64,000 nucleotides of DNA from Rhizobium sp. Q54 (GCA_945875865.1 CAMCMF010000003.1:8418-72417); one strand, 5' to 3'; positions 45,599 through 55,419 are shown, counted from the stretch's first letter. Notes: generated from the sequence alone by a model not told the origin. Made by a program: numbers and translations.

Positions 45599-47380
45599 AT
45601 GATTAAGAATAAATATCGCACACATCATTGTGCTGAACTAAACAAATCTCACGTCGGACAAACCGTAACGCTTTCCGGTTGGGTTCATTCCAAACGCGAT
45701 CATGGTTCGCTAATTTTTATTGATTTGCGCGATCATTTTGGTTTGACGCAACTAGTAATTGATCAGCAAAATACCAAATTAAATCTCGGTGAAGTCTCGG
45801 CAATCAAGCTTGAATCAGTAATCACAATTGTTGGCGAAGTTGCCGCCCGTGCAGCAGAAGTGGTAAATCCAAATATCAAAACTGGTGAAATTGAAGTTAG
45901 AATTGCCGAATTAATCATTGAATCTCTCGCCGAACAAATCCCCTTCCAAATCAACGACAACAACGAATATCCCGAAGAGCTCCGTTTAAAATATCGCTTC
46001 CTCGATCTTCGTCGCGAAAAAACTCACAAAAATATTGTGCTGCGTAGCCAAGTGATTTCTGAGATCAGAAGTGAAATGACCAAGCAAGGTTTTCTCGAAA
46101 TTCAAACTCCAATTCTAACTGCATCTTCGCCAGAAGGCGCGCGCGATTATTTGGTTCCTGCGCGTTTACATCCGGGAAAATTTTATGCTTTGCCGCAAGC
46201 GCCACAGCAGTTCAAGCAGCTTTTGATGGTTTCTGGTTTCAACCGCTATTTCCAAATCGCGCCATGTTTTCGTGACGAAGATTTGCGCGCAGATCGTGCG
46301 CCGGAATTTTATCAGCTCGATATGGAAATGAGTTTCGTCGAACAAGAAGATGTCTTTGCTGCAATCGAACCAGTTTTGAAACATATTTTCAAAAAATTCG
46401 GCGCTAAAAAAACTTCTGACGAAGAATTTGTGCACATCAAATATGATGATGCGATGTTGAAATACGGCATCGACAAGCCTGATTTGCGTAATCCAATTTT
46501 AATTTCTGACGCCACAGAAATTTTCCGCGGTTCGGAATTTTCTATTTTTGCAAAACAAATTGAAACTGGTGCAAAAATCCGCGCCATTCCAGCGCCAAAA
46601 TGTGCAGCGCAACCGCGTTCATTTTTTGACAAGATGATAGAATTCGCGCAACAAAACGGCGCCAAGGGTTTAGCCTACATCAACTTTGATGAAAATGGTG
46701 AAGCAAAAGGACCAATCGCGAAATTTTTATCGGCAGAAAAATTAGCTGAATTGAAAAAAATCGCCGGACTTGAAAATGGTGATGCAGTTTTCTTTTCATG
46801 CGGAAAAGAAAAAGAAGCGGCGAAAATCGCTGGTGTTGTTCGCATCAAACTTGGTCACGATTTAAAATTGATCGATGAATCGATTTATAAATTCTGCTGG
46901 ATCATCGATTTCCCGATGTACGAACTTTCTGATGAAGGAAAAGTTGAGTTTTCTCACAATCCTTTTTCCATGCCGCAAGGTGGTCTCGAAGCCTTGAATT
47001 CACAAGATCCAACTACGATCAAAGCTTTTCAATATGACATCGTTTGCAACGGCGTAGAATTATCTTCTGGTGCTATTCGTAACCACAAACCAGAAATCAT
47101 GTATCGTGCTTTCGAGCTTGCTGGATATGGCCGAGAAGTGGTTGAACAACAATTTGGTGCAATGTTAAATGCTTTCAAATTCGGCGCTCCACCGCACGGC
47201 GGCTTAGCTCCGGGGATTGATCGCATCATCATGCTTTTAGCTAACGAACCAAATATTCGCGAAGTAATTCCATTCCCGATGAATGGCAAAGCGCAGGATT
47301 TAATGATGAATGCACCAGCCGATGCACCAGCAAAACATCTGCGTGAACTTCATATCGAATTGAAAAAGAAAGCCTCGTAA
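45599..47380 (+). CDS. aspS: aspartyl-tRNA synthetase
   Basis: 593 aa; class II motifs ...[16 protein letters not shown]..., ...[13 protein letters not shown]...; OB-fold N-terminus. Confidence 0.95.
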   Translation: MIKNKYRTHHCAELNKSHVGQTVTLSGWVHSKRDHGSLIFIDLRDHFGLTQLVIDQQNTKLNLGEVSAIKLESVITIVGEVAARAAEVVNPNIKTGEIEVRIAELIIESLAEQIPFQINDNNEYPEELRLKYRFLDLRREKTHKNIVLRSQVISEIRSEMTKQGFLEIQTPILTASSPEGARDYLVPARLHPGKFYALPQAPQQFKQLLMVSGFNRYFQIAPCFRDEDLRADRAPEFYQLDMEMSFVEQEDVFAAIEPVLKHIFKKFGAKKTSDEEFVHIKYDDAMLKYGIDKPDLRNPILISDATEIFRGSEFSIFAKQIETGAKIRAIPAPKCAAQPRSFFDKMIEFAQQNGAKGLAYINFDENGEAKGPIAKFLSAEKLAELKKIAGLENGDAVFFSCGKEKEAAKIAGVVRIKLGHDLKLIDESIYKFCWIIDFPMYELSDEGKVEFSHNPFSMPQGGLEALNSQDPTTIKAFQYDIVCNGVELSSGAIRNHKPEIMYRAFELAGYGREVVEQQFGAMLNAFKFGAPPHGGLAPGIDRIIMLLANEPNIREVIPFPMNGKAQDLMMNAPADAPAKHLRELHIELKKKAS

Positions 47381-47385
47381 TTTTT

Positions 47386-48570
47386 ATGAAAGATAAATTT
47401 TATCTAACCGAAAAACTGCCACCTTACATTTTTGCTTCAATCTATCAATTCAAGTCTGAAGCCTCTGCAAATGGTATCGAGGTTTTGGATTTTGGCATGG
47501 GAAATCCAGATTCTGCGCCACCAAAACATGTCATGTCGCGTCTTTCCGAGTTAGCAAATGATCCAAAAGTTTTCGGCTATTCTACAGTTGGTGGAATTGA
47601 AATTTTAAAAAAATCGATCTGCGAATATTATAAACGTCGCTTCAATGTTGATATTGATTATAAGTCAGAAGCCCTTGTCACTATTGGAGCGAAAGAAGGT
47701 ATTGCATCTTTGGCCACCGCAATTTCTGACGAACAAAGTTACATCTGCGTTCCATCGCCTTCTTATCCAATTCACAATTTTGCCTTCATAATTTCGAAGT
47801 CGAATATCCACCAAATTCCCGCAATAAATTCGCGCAGTTTTTTGGATGAATTTAAAAAACATGTGATTGGCGCATCCCAGAAGCCACAAGCTGTAATCGT
47901 TTCTTATCCTTGTAATCCAACTACGGAAATTGTCGGTTTAGATTTTTATTCTGAGTTGGTGGATTTTTGCAAAGAGCATGAAATCTACATCATTTCTGAC
48001 ATCGCTTATTGCGAACTTTATTTTGACGAAAAAGACAAACCGCATTCAATCTTAGAAATTCCAGGCGCCAAAGATATTGCGATTGAATTTTCTTCCGTTT
48101 CAAAAAGCTATTCTATGGCTGGTTGTCGCGTTGGTTTTGCGGTTGGAAATAAAAATTTAATTAACGCGCTTTATAAAATTAAATCCTATCTCGACTACGG
48201 ATCATTCTCGCCGTTGCAAATGATTGCAGTTGATGCGCTATCAGAAAAAAGCGACGAATATCTAAAAAATTTATGCAAAACTTACGATGATCGCGGTAAA
48301 TTTTTGATCGAATTATTTCAAAAAGAACTTGGTTGGGAAATTGCAAAACCAAAAGCCAGCATGTTCTTATGGGCGAAGTTACCAAAAGAATTTGCCCATC
48401 TTTCTTCCTTCGATTTTTGTAAAAAAATGATTCTTGAAGCTGGAGTTGCAATGTCACCGGGAAGTGCATTTGGCGCGAGTGGAGAAGGATTTGTAAGATT
48501 TTCGCTAATTCATGATGAAGAAAATATGAAGAAAGCTGCTGCGAGATTGAAGAAGATATTTAGTGAATAA
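47386..48570 (+). CDS. class I/II PLP-dependent aminotransferase (AlaC/LL-DAP-aminotransferase-like)
   Basis: ...LPPYIFA...DFGMGNPD...YPCNPT...SVSKSYSMAGCRVGF... Confidence 0.75.
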   Translation: MKDKFYLTEKLPPYIFASIYQFKSEASANGIEVLDFGMGNPDSAPPKHVMSRLSELANDPKVFGYSTVGGIEILKKSICEYYKRRFNVDIDYKSEALVTIGAKEGIASLATAISDEQSYICVPSPSYPIHNFAFIISKSNIHQIPAINSRSFLDEFKKHVIGASQKPQAVIVSYPCNPTTEIVGLDFYSELVDFCKEHEIYIISDIAYCELYFDEKDKPHSILEIPGAKDIAIEFSSVSKSYSMAGCRVGFAVGNKNLINALYKIKSYLDYGSFSPLQMIAVDALSEKSDEYLKNLCKTYDDRGKFLIELFQKELGWEIAKPKASMFLWAKLPKEFAHLSSFDFCKKMILEAGVAMSPGSAFGASGEGFVRFSLIHDEENMKKAAARLKKIFSE

Positions 48571-48584
48571 ATTTGTCGCTCTCT

Positions 48585-48653
48585 GTCATCCCCGCGAAAG
48601 CAGGGATCCAGAATGTTTTTAAAGAGCTGGATCCCTGCTTTCGCGGGGATGAC
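48585..48653. repeat. palindromic hairpin-doublet repeat, family A (outward arrangement)
   Basis: GTCATCCCCGCGAAAGCAGGGATCCAG - 21 nt - CTGGATCCCTGCTTTCGCGGGGATGAC (compensatory G>A / C>T changes keep the pairing). Confidence 0.9.
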
Positions 48654-48672
48654 AGAGAATAAATATTAATTT

Positions 48673-49390
48673 GTGATAAATTTCAAAATCCTCACCATTT
48701 TCCCCGAACTATTTCCCGGAGCGCTAGCTGCTTCAATCACCGGCTCCGCTTTAACAAAAAACCTCTGGTCTTTGCAAGTAATTAATATTCGTGATTATGC
48801 CAAAGATAAGCACGCAACAGTTGATGATACACCTTATGGCGGTGGGGCGGGGATGCTGTTTAAAGTTGATGTTGTCGCTGAGGCAATTGAGCAAAATCTT
48901 TCAGAAAAAAAAATCAAAAATAATTTATCTCTCGCCGCGCGGAAAAGTTTTTAATCAAAAAATTGCGCAGGAATTAGCCAAAGAAAAAGAAATCATGATC
49001 CTGTGTGGACGCTACGAAGGCGTGGATCAACGCGTTTTGGATGAATTCGCCATCGAAGAAATTTCTATTGGTGATTATGTTTTATCGGGCGGAGAAGTTG
49101 CGGCATTTCCATTTATCGATGCGATTTTGCGCAATGTTGAAGGGGTTTTAGGCGCTGATGAATCTTTAGCAGAAGAATCTTTCGGCTCAGAAAAAAATTC
49201 TGATTTTGAAAATTTATTGGAATATCCGCATTACACCAGACCAGCAAAATGGCGGGGTCACGACGTGCCGGAAATTCTGACTCAAGGACATCACAAAAAA
49301 ATTAATGAGTGGCGCAAAGAGCAAGCAATCGCAGTAACAAAAAAAAATCGCCCCGATCTTTATCGAAAATTTTTGGATATTTTTAATTAG
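48673..49390 (+). CDS. trmD: tRNA (guanine37-N1)-methyltransferase TrmD, reading frame broken in an A9 run (48905-48913)
   Basis: The N-part frame (48673-48954) gives ...[14 protein letters not shown]...[11 protein letters not shown]. The C-part frame (to 49390) gives ...[14 protein letters not shown]...[11 protein letters not shown]...[11 protein letters not shown]. With A8 the two join as ...[14 protein letters not shown]... Confidence 0.8.
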
Positions 49391-49581
49391 GTTGCGAAAG
49401 ATAAGAGTCTGTTTCACAATGCTCGCAGCTTTTAGATGTCTCGCTGATCATTTACGCAACAAATAATCAATTCAACGATAGTGACGGCCCATGTTAAACA
49501 TTGGCAATCGTCTGATTTTTCAGACCTTTAAAAGATGCATCGATTTTTCAATCGATGATTCAATAACTTAATTTTTTACTA

Positions 49582-51240
49582 ATGACAACTTTCGAAAACC
49601 TAAACTTAAATCCAAAAATCCTTTCTGCTTTAGCGAAAAAGGGCTATACCATTCCTACTCCAATCCAAGCCGGCGCTATTCCTGATATTTTAGCCGGAAA
49701 AGATTTTTTAGGAATTGCGCAAACTGGAACTGGTAAAACTGCCGCTTTTGCTTTGCCAATTATTCAAAATCTTTCGGCCTCAGAAACTCCAGTTCGACCT
49801 AATCACGTTAAATGTTTGATCCTTACTCCCACCCGCGAATTAGCCTCACAAATTGCAGAAAATATCGAGCTTTATGGCGTTCATTCGCACTTAAAACATG
49901 CGGTAATTTTTGGTGGTGTTGGTGAAAATCCGCAAATCAAAAATCTGCAAAAGGGCTTGGATATTGTGATTGCAACTCCTGGCCGTCTTCTTGATTTGAT
50001 GAATCAAGGTCACGTGCGTTTCATGGATTTGGAAATTTTTGTGCTTGATGAAGCTGACCGTATGCTTGATATGGGCTTCATTATGGACATCAAAAAAATC
50101 ATCGCAAAATTGCCGGCAAAGCGCCAAACGCTTTTCTTCTCGGCAACTATGCCTTCAACAATTTCACAATTGGCTCATTCAATTTTGAAAAATCCAACCA
50201 AGGTTGAAATTACGCCGCCAGCAACAACTGTTGAGCGTATCTCGCAAAAAGTTTATTTCGTTGAGCGTTCAAACAAACCGCTACTTCTGAAAGATGTTTT
50301 ATTGCAAGATCAAGTTCACAGCACTTTGGTTTTTATCCGCACCAAACACAGCGCCAATCGCATCATCGATTTTTTAGCGAAACATGGAATTAAAGCTGAC
50401 ACAATTCATGGCGATCGCTCACAAAGCGCGCGCGAGTTGGCTTTGGCAAATTTTCGTAACGGAAAAACTAAAGTTCTAATTGCCACTGATATCGCTGCTC
50501 GCGGTATCGACGTTCCAGGAATTAGCCACGTAATTAATTACGATATTCCGATGGATCCAGAAAGTTATGTACATCGTATCGGTCGTACAGCTCGTGCTGG
50601 TAAAGATGGAATCGCAATTTCATTTTGTGATCCAACTGAAAGATTGATGCTGAAGTCGGTTGAAAGAACCATTCGCTATCAAATTCCAGTTGATGATTCA
50701 CACGCTTTTCACGGAGTTTCTGGAGTTAGTGGAGTTCGTAAACTTGCGTCAGGTGCCAGAAGACCTCTCAATGATGGCTTGCCGGAAAGACCAGCAAGAC
50801 CTGCAGCGGGACGTCATTTGAGCAGAGGAAATGTTGCTGCTCCAAGCGATTCCAGAAGAAGTGAATCTGGTGAAAGACGTGAAAGACCAGAAAGATCAGA
50901 AAGGCCACAAAGATCTGATCGCCCAGAAAGAAGTGACAGAAGATCTGATTCACAAGCTCGTCCTCCTCAAAGAGGTTTTGAACGTGATGGTGAAAAACGC
51001 GAAGGAAGCAAACCTTTCGGTGATAGACCTCATCATGGTAAAAAATCTCAAGGCGGCTTTAAAGTAGTGGCAGAAAAGTTGGGAAATTTTTTCGGTTACA
51101 AAAAATCTGGTAACAAGGAATCATCATCTTCTACTCGCGATACTTTAGTTGATCGCGATAAAGCAAGTCGCAGTTACGCTAAAAAAAGACCTTTTGGTAG
51201 CAGACAAGGTTCAAAATTTAGCGGTAATAAGCCGAGGTAG
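49582..51240 (+). CDS. rhlE: DEAD-box ATP-dependent RNA helicase (RhlE-like) with an Arg/Ser/Glu-rich C-terminal tail
   Basis: Q-motif, AQTGTGKT, PTRELA, DEAD, SAT, HRIGRTARAG; the tail is ...RRSESGERRERPERSERPQRSDRPERSDRRSD... Confidence 0.9.
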   Translation: MTTFENLNLNPKILSALAKKGYTIPTPIQAGAIPDILAGKDFLGIAQTGTGKTAAFALPIIQNLSASETPVRPNHVKCLILTPTRELASQIAENIELYGVHSHLKHAVIFGGVGENPQIKNLQKGLDIVIATPGRLLDLMNQGHVRFMDLEIFVLDEADRMLDMGFIMDIKKIIAKLPAKRQTLFFSATMPSTISQLAHSILKNPTKVEITPPATTVERISQKVYFVERSNKPLLLKDVLLQDQVHSTLVFIRTKHSANRIIDFLAKHGIKADTIHGDRSQSARELALANFRNGKTKVLIATDIAARGIDVPGISHVINYDIPMDPESYVHRIGRTARAGKDGIAISFCDPTERLMLKSVERTIRYQIPVDDSHAFHGVSGVSGVRKLASGARRPLNDGLPERPARPAAGRHLSRGNVAAPSDSRRSESGERRERPERSERPQRSDRPERSDRRSDSQARPPQRGFERDGEKREGSKPFGDRPHHGKKSQGGFKVVAEKLGNFFGYKKSGNKESSSSTRDTLVDRDKASRSYAKKRPFGSRQGSKFSGNKPR

Positions 51241-51246
51241 TAAAAA

Positions 51247-52140
51247 TTACTTTCTAGAAAAACTAATCACTCTGTTGGCAATCATCACACCAACTAAAAT
51301 CATCATCGAGCCAATATAACTGTTCCACGTAAGGGCTTCGTCTAGTACAATCATTCCTAAAATTACCCCAAAAACTGGAATAATATAATTAGATGAAGCG
51401 GTGTAAGTGGCGCTAGTTAGTGAAATTAATTTGTAATAAACTACGAAAGCGCAAGCACTTCCTAACACTGCCAAAGCAAGAACCGAAAGGATCGCCGCTG
51501 TTGATACAAATTCAATTTCATAAGGTCGCTCAATAATCAGAGAAAGTGGTATAAGGATTATTGAAGCTATTAAAAGCTGCGAGGTTGGCACTACTAGTGG
51601 TTTGAAGCCATGAATATGTTTTTTAGCATAAACAAATCCGATGCCGTAAGAAACGGAGGCAATGAGTGCTGCAAGAATTCCCCAGATGGTTGCTTTAGCA
51701 TCGAAGAGCGAAGGAAAAACCAATAAAAATAATCCAGAAAATCCCACCATAGATCCCAAAATTTTTGCTTTAGTTAAGCGATCATTATCGGTGCAATAAT
51801 GTGCGATCATCAAAGTAAAAAGCGGAGTAGTGCCGTTGATAATTGCGGCGAGAGAGCTGTCGATATATTGCTCACCAACGCCAAAAAGCGTGAATGGTAA
51901 TCCGCAGCTAAAAATCGCCATCACCAAAAAATGCTTCCAACATTTGCCGAATTTTGGTAAATCAGTTTTGTTAATTTTTAGCATTAAATAGAGCAACGCT
52001 CCGCCGATAATCATGCGAATCGCCGTGATGGTGATCGGTGGAACATATTCAACAGCGATCTTGATGAAAAGAAAAGATGGGCCCCAACAACAAGCAAGAA
52101 GCATCAAAAAGAAAAGATTTTTGGCCGGATTATTTTTCAT
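51247..52140 (-). CDS. EamA/DMT-superfamily transporter
   Basis: About 10 TM segments in two homologous halves; 297 aa. Confidence 0.7.
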   Translation of the reverse strand: MKNNPAKNLFFLMLLACCWGPSFLFIKIAVEYVPPITITAIRMIIGGALLYLMLKINKTDLPKFGKCWKHFLVMAIFSCGLPFTLFGVGEQYIDSSLAAIINGTTPLFTLMIAHYCTDNDRLTKAKILGSMVGFSGLFLLVFPSLFDAKATIWGILAALIASVSYGIGFVYAKKHIHGFKPLVVPTSQLLIASIILIPLSLIIERPYEIEFVSTAAILSVLALAVLGSACAFVVYYKLISLTSATYTASSNYIIPVFGVILGMIVLDEALTWNSYIGSMMILVGVMIANRVISFSRK

Positions 52141-52166
52141 TATTTTACGTTATTTAAACAGGCTCT

Positions 52167-52196
52167 AAGGGCATTTCTAAAAATTGTCTTTTCCGG
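52167..52196. repeat. family E element, left end (separated from its right end by family F insertions)
   Basis: AAGGGCATTTCTAAAAATTGTCTTTTCCGG matches the left end of the 9747 copy. Confidence 0.65.
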
Positions 52197-52243
52197 ATTC
52201 GACTTCTTGAAACCGATTTGGCGTGTCCAATACTCTTGCCTTC

Positions 52244-52384
52244 TATACCAAATCAGCTTCAAAAAGCCGATTAGGTATATTGATTTTGTTTTTACGCAGG
52301 ATGACCTGCGCCCCACAGTCGTGGGGAACCCCATATACCGACTCTTTATTTTTTAGTTCGGTTTCTTGAATTGGTTTCGGTATA
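52244..52384 (+). mobile_element. MITE, family F
   Basis: Full copy; shares its terminal TA (52383-52384) with the next copy. Confidence 0.85.
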
Positions 52385-52523
52385 TACCAAATCAGCTTCA
52401 AGAAGCCGATTTAGTATATTGATTTTGTTTTTACGCAGGATGGCCTGCGCCCCACAGTCGTGGGGAACCCCCTATACCGACTCTTTATTTTTTAGTTCGG
52501 TATCTTGAATTGGTTTCGGTATA
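52383..52523 (+). mobile_element. MITE, family F
   Basis: Full copy, head-to-tail with the previous one. Confidence 0.85.
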
Positions 52524-52529
52524 AAACCC

Positions 52530-52567
52530 AAAATTCCTCGAAAAATCCTAATTTTTAGAGGTGTCCT
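52530..52567. repeat. family E element, right end
   Basis: AAAATTCCTCGAAAAATCCTAATTTTTAGAGGTGTCC matches the right end of the 9747 copy. Confidence 0.7.
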
Positions 52568-52734
52568 GAAATGATTGATGTGGTAATATTTCTGCGGGAT
52601 TATCCGAGTCAATTCAGAAAATTATAAATTGGGTTGTTGCAAATCAGAATCTGATTAGAACTTTTGATTAGCAATCAGTCCCGCCAAGTAAACCATAAAT
52701 TTAGAAATATTTTTTATTTTTCTCGTCGCACTAG

Positions 52735-52811
52735 CCACGCCCCACATTGTGGGGAACCCCATATACCGATTCTTTATTTTTGAGTTCGGTTTCTTGAATC
52801 AGTTTTGGTAC
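52735..52811 (+). mobile_element. MITE family F, right half only
   Basis: GCCACGCCCCACATTGTGGGGAACCCCATATACCGATTCTTTATTTTTGAGTTCGGTTTCTTGAATCAGTTTTGGTA; ends 7 nt before the permease ATG. Confidence 0.7.
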
Positions 52812-52818
52812 ACACGCC

Positions 52819-54360
52819 ATGTCAATAAATAACAAATTAACCACTTTGCAATTAATGCTAATCTCCACCGGCGGAATGATCGGGGCAGGTTGGCTATTTT
52901 CACCTTATTACGGATTTGAAGCAGCAGGAGTCGGCGTTTTACTTTCTTGGCTGATCATCGCAATTTTAACTTTAATTATCGGCATCACTTTTGCTGAGGT
53001 CGTAACTATTGCACCAATTGTTGGGGGGCTTTCGCGATTTATCGGCATCACTCACAATCGCGCAGTTTCGTTTATTTTTCTAACTTTAGGATGGTTGAGT
53101 TATATAGTTTATTTGCCGCTTGAGGCGCAATCGGCAATTCAATATTTAAGTTTTTGGCATAAGGATTTAGTAGTTCAAAATATTGGAGGAACTACTCTAA
53201 GTAAGAGTGGTCTCTATTTAGCTTTTTTGATCATCGCGCTTTTGACCTGGTTTAATAGTTTTCTTTTGAAGAATGTGGCGCGAGCAAATTCTTTGGTCAG
53301 CATTTGGAAAATCTTAGTACCAATTGGCATCGCATGGTTTTTGATTATTTTATTTGGCAATTGGGAAAATGTTCAATTGGCCAAAGTCGCGCATAAATTT
53401 TCTTTGGAGAGTGTGTTATTAGCAATCACCGGAAGCGGCATGGTATTTGCTTTCGCCGGTTTTCAAAATGGCTTGATTTTAGCCAATAGCGCAAAAGATC
53501 CGCACAAGGCTTTGCCGGCTTCGTTATTTGCGCCAATCATCATCGGATTTATTTTATACAGCTCACTCTCTTTGATTTATATCACTTGTCTGGGCGATAA
53601 GCGGCTAGAGCTTGGTAGTGCCGCGCCGCTACTGGGAATAGTTTCTCTCTTTGGAATACACATCATCATCAATGCTTTATTCATCGATGCAGTCATTGCT
53701 CCGCTTGGCACCGCCAATGTTTATACCGCAGCTACTTCGCGAATTTTATATGCTTTCGCCAAGGATTTTTTTCCGAAAACTTTGCTCAATAAAGTGAATA
53801 AATTTTCTTCTCCAGTTTATTGTTTATGGCTCAATGCCTTACTCGGTGCTTGCTTTCTAATGCCATTTCCAACTTGGCAGCAATTAGTCGACTTCCTGTC
53901 TTCGACTGTAATTTTTTCTTATCTTTCTGGACCGTTGGTGCTAATAATTTTACGTCAAGATTTTCCGGATTTAGCGCGGCCTTTCAAAGTTTTGAATTAC
54001 AAATTAGTTGGCTATGTCGGATTTATCTGCTGCACTTTACTGATCTATTGGTCAAATATTTATAACCTGATTTATCTAGCGGCTCTAAGTGCGATAATCA
54101 TCGTGGTTTACAATATTTTTGTCGAAAAAAAACCAGCTAATTTTTTTACAACTTTCAAAAATAACTTCTTCATCATTGGCTATTTGTTGCTGTTGGTTGC
54201 GATAAAATATTCCCATCAAATAAAGTTAATTTCCTTCCCCTTTGATAATTTATTGATCATCATTTTTTCTTGCATCGCTTGCAAAATATTCATCGCAAAA
54301 AAAATTAGCAAAAATGAGATTAGCGATAATTTGAAAAGAGTGGCTGCTGAAAATTTGTAG
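52819..54360 (+). CDS. APC-superfamily amino acid permease
   Basis: 513 aa, about 12 or more TM; N-terminal ...MLISTGGMIGAGWLF... is typical of amino-acid permeases. Confidence 0.75.
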   Translation: MSINNKLTTLQLMLISTGGMIGAGWLFSPYYGFEAAGVGVLLSWLIIAILTLIIGITFAEVVTIAPIVGGLSRFIGITHNRAVSFIFLTLGWLSYIVYLPLEAQSAIQYLSFWHKDLVVQNIGGTTLSKSGLYLAFLIIALLTWFNSFLLKNVARANSLVSIWKILVPIGIAWFLIILFGNWENVQLAKVAHKFSLESVLLAITGSGMVFAFAGFQNGLILANSAKDPHKALPASLFAPIIIGFILYSSLSLIYITCLGDKRLELGSAAPLLGIVSLFGIHIIINALFIDAVIAPLGTANVYTAATSRILYAFAKDFFPKTLLNKVNKFSSPVYCLWLNALLGACFLMPFPTWQQLVDFLSSTVIFSYLSGPLVLIILRQDFPDLARPFKVLNYKLVGYVGFICCTLLIYWSNIYNLIYLAALSAIIIVVYNIFVEKKPANFFTTFKNNFFIIGYLLLLVAIKYSHQIKLISFPFDNLLIIIFSCIACKIFIAKKISKNEISDNLKRVAAENL

Positions 54361-54370
54361 AAATAAAACA

Positions 54371-54407
54371 AAAAAAGCCGACCTCTAAAAAGAAGTCGGC
54401 TTTTTTT
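54371..54407. terminator. bidirectional rho-independent terminator
   Basis: A6-GCCGAC-12 nt-GTCGGC-T7, between the convergent permease and the DUF1328 ORF. Confidence 0.65.
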
Positions 54408-54411
54408 ATGA

Positions 54412-54588
54412 TTAAATTTTTTCCGTAGGATTTTTTTCTCTGATGAGATTAGCAAAAATTGTCGCTAAGAATAAGATCAAAAATATAACAAATAAGATTC
54501 TAGTAATCACCGCTGCAGTGAGGTTGGCAAAGCCGAACAGGCCCGTTACCATCGTGATGATAAAAAATACAATTGTCCAATTTAACAT
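54412..54588 (-). CDS. UPF0391/DUF1328-like small membrane protein (58 aa, below the ORF-track cutoff)
   Basis: Hand translation: MLNWTIVFFIITMVTGLFGFANLTAAVITRILFVIFLILFLATIFANLIREKNPTEKI*; two TM helices with the ...GFxxxAxxxAxIAKILFxIFLxLF... pattern of the DUF1328 family. Confidence 0.6.
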   Translation of the reverse strand: MLNWTIVFFIITMVTGLFGFANLTAAVITRILFVIFLILFLATIFANLIREKNPTEKI

Positions 54589-54612
54589 AAAAACCCTCTT
54601 AGTTTTAGTTAA

Positions 54613-54647
54613 GGGCGCCTCTAAAAATTAGGATTTTTCGAGAAGCC
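54613..54647. repeat. family E short form
   Basis: GGGCGCCTCTAAAAATTAGGATTTTTCGAGAAGCC. Confidence 0.7.
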
Positions 54648-54648
54648 A

Positions 54649-55074
54649 TTAAGATTTATTAAGGTCGATGAGGGTTAATTTTGTTAAATATGCCATCGCT
54701 AAAATAGCGATGATATTTATCGGTGTTTCGGGGATGTAAAATGGGATCAAGGGATTGAATAAAATCACTAAAGCTAAAGAGATCACAAAAACTTTATCAC
54801 GTTTTTTTGGTAAGCGATATTCAAAAAATAATACGTAGCTCATGCAGCAGAAAATAACCAATTTAACAATCTGCAAAACCCATGCTGCCATTGGAATAAA
54901 GGCTATTAAAATCATGATGATCGGTAGGATGAAAATCAGAAAATTATATTGTTTCGGACGTTGGAACATGTCGCTCAGGCTATTGCTTCCTTCCCGAATT
55001 TTATTGTTTAAATCTTTCATATCTTTGACAGGATTTTTGATCGGGTTATTGAATTTATTTTTGAAATTTAGCAT
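54649..55074 (-). CDS. hypothetical membrane protein
   Basis: 141-aa ORF with 3-4 predicted TM helices after a hydrophilic N-terminus; no recognised family. Confidence 0.45.
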   Translation of the reverse strand: MLNFKNKFNNPIKNPVKDMKDLNNKIREGSNSLSDMFQRPKQYNFLIFILPIIMILIAFIPMAAWVLQIVKLVIFCCMSYVLFFEYRLPKKRDKVFVISLALVILFNPLIPFYIPETPINIIAILAMAYLTKLTLIDLNKS

Positions 55075-55122
55075 CGTGAATCTGATTAAATTTTATTGAA
55101 AATACCCGCTGTGAATATGATC

Positions 55123-55263
55123 TATACCGAAACCAATTCAAGAAACCGAACTCAAAAATAAAGAGTCGGTATATGGGGTTCCCCACGACCGTGGGGCGCA
55201 GGCCATCCTGCGTAAAAATAAAATCAATATACCCATTCGGCTTCTTGAAGCTGATTTGGTATA
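55123..55263 (-). mobile_element. MITE, family F (inverted relative to the copies at 52244 and 52383)
   Basis: Full copy; shares its terminal TA (55262-55263) with the next copy. Confidence 0.85.
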
Positions 55264-55401
55264 TAGCGAAACCAATTCAAGAAACCGAACTCAAAAATAA
55301 AGAGTCGGTATATGGGGTTCCCCACAATGTGGGGCGCAGGCCATCCTGCGTAAAAATAAAATCAATATACTAAATCGGCTTCTTGAAGCTGATTTGGTAT
55401 A
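55262..55401 (-). mobile_element. MITE, family F
   Basis: Full copy, followed by a 19-nt partial terminal repeat (TATACCGAATCTGAATCAA). Confidence 0.85.
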
Positions 55402-55419
55402 TACCGAATCTGAATCAAA

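Noticed and set aside
52140-52334. ORFs encoding MGFPTTVGRR[SP]SCVK[TI]KSIY... (52140..52334, 55173..55373, 21225..21434)
   Set aside because: They lie entirely within family F MITE copies, recur because the DNA repeat recurs, and have no start or RBS context. They are treated as spurious.
54443-54631. 62-aa plus-strand ORF
   Set aside because: It is antisense to a much better candidate, the DUF1328-like two-TM protein at 54412..54588.
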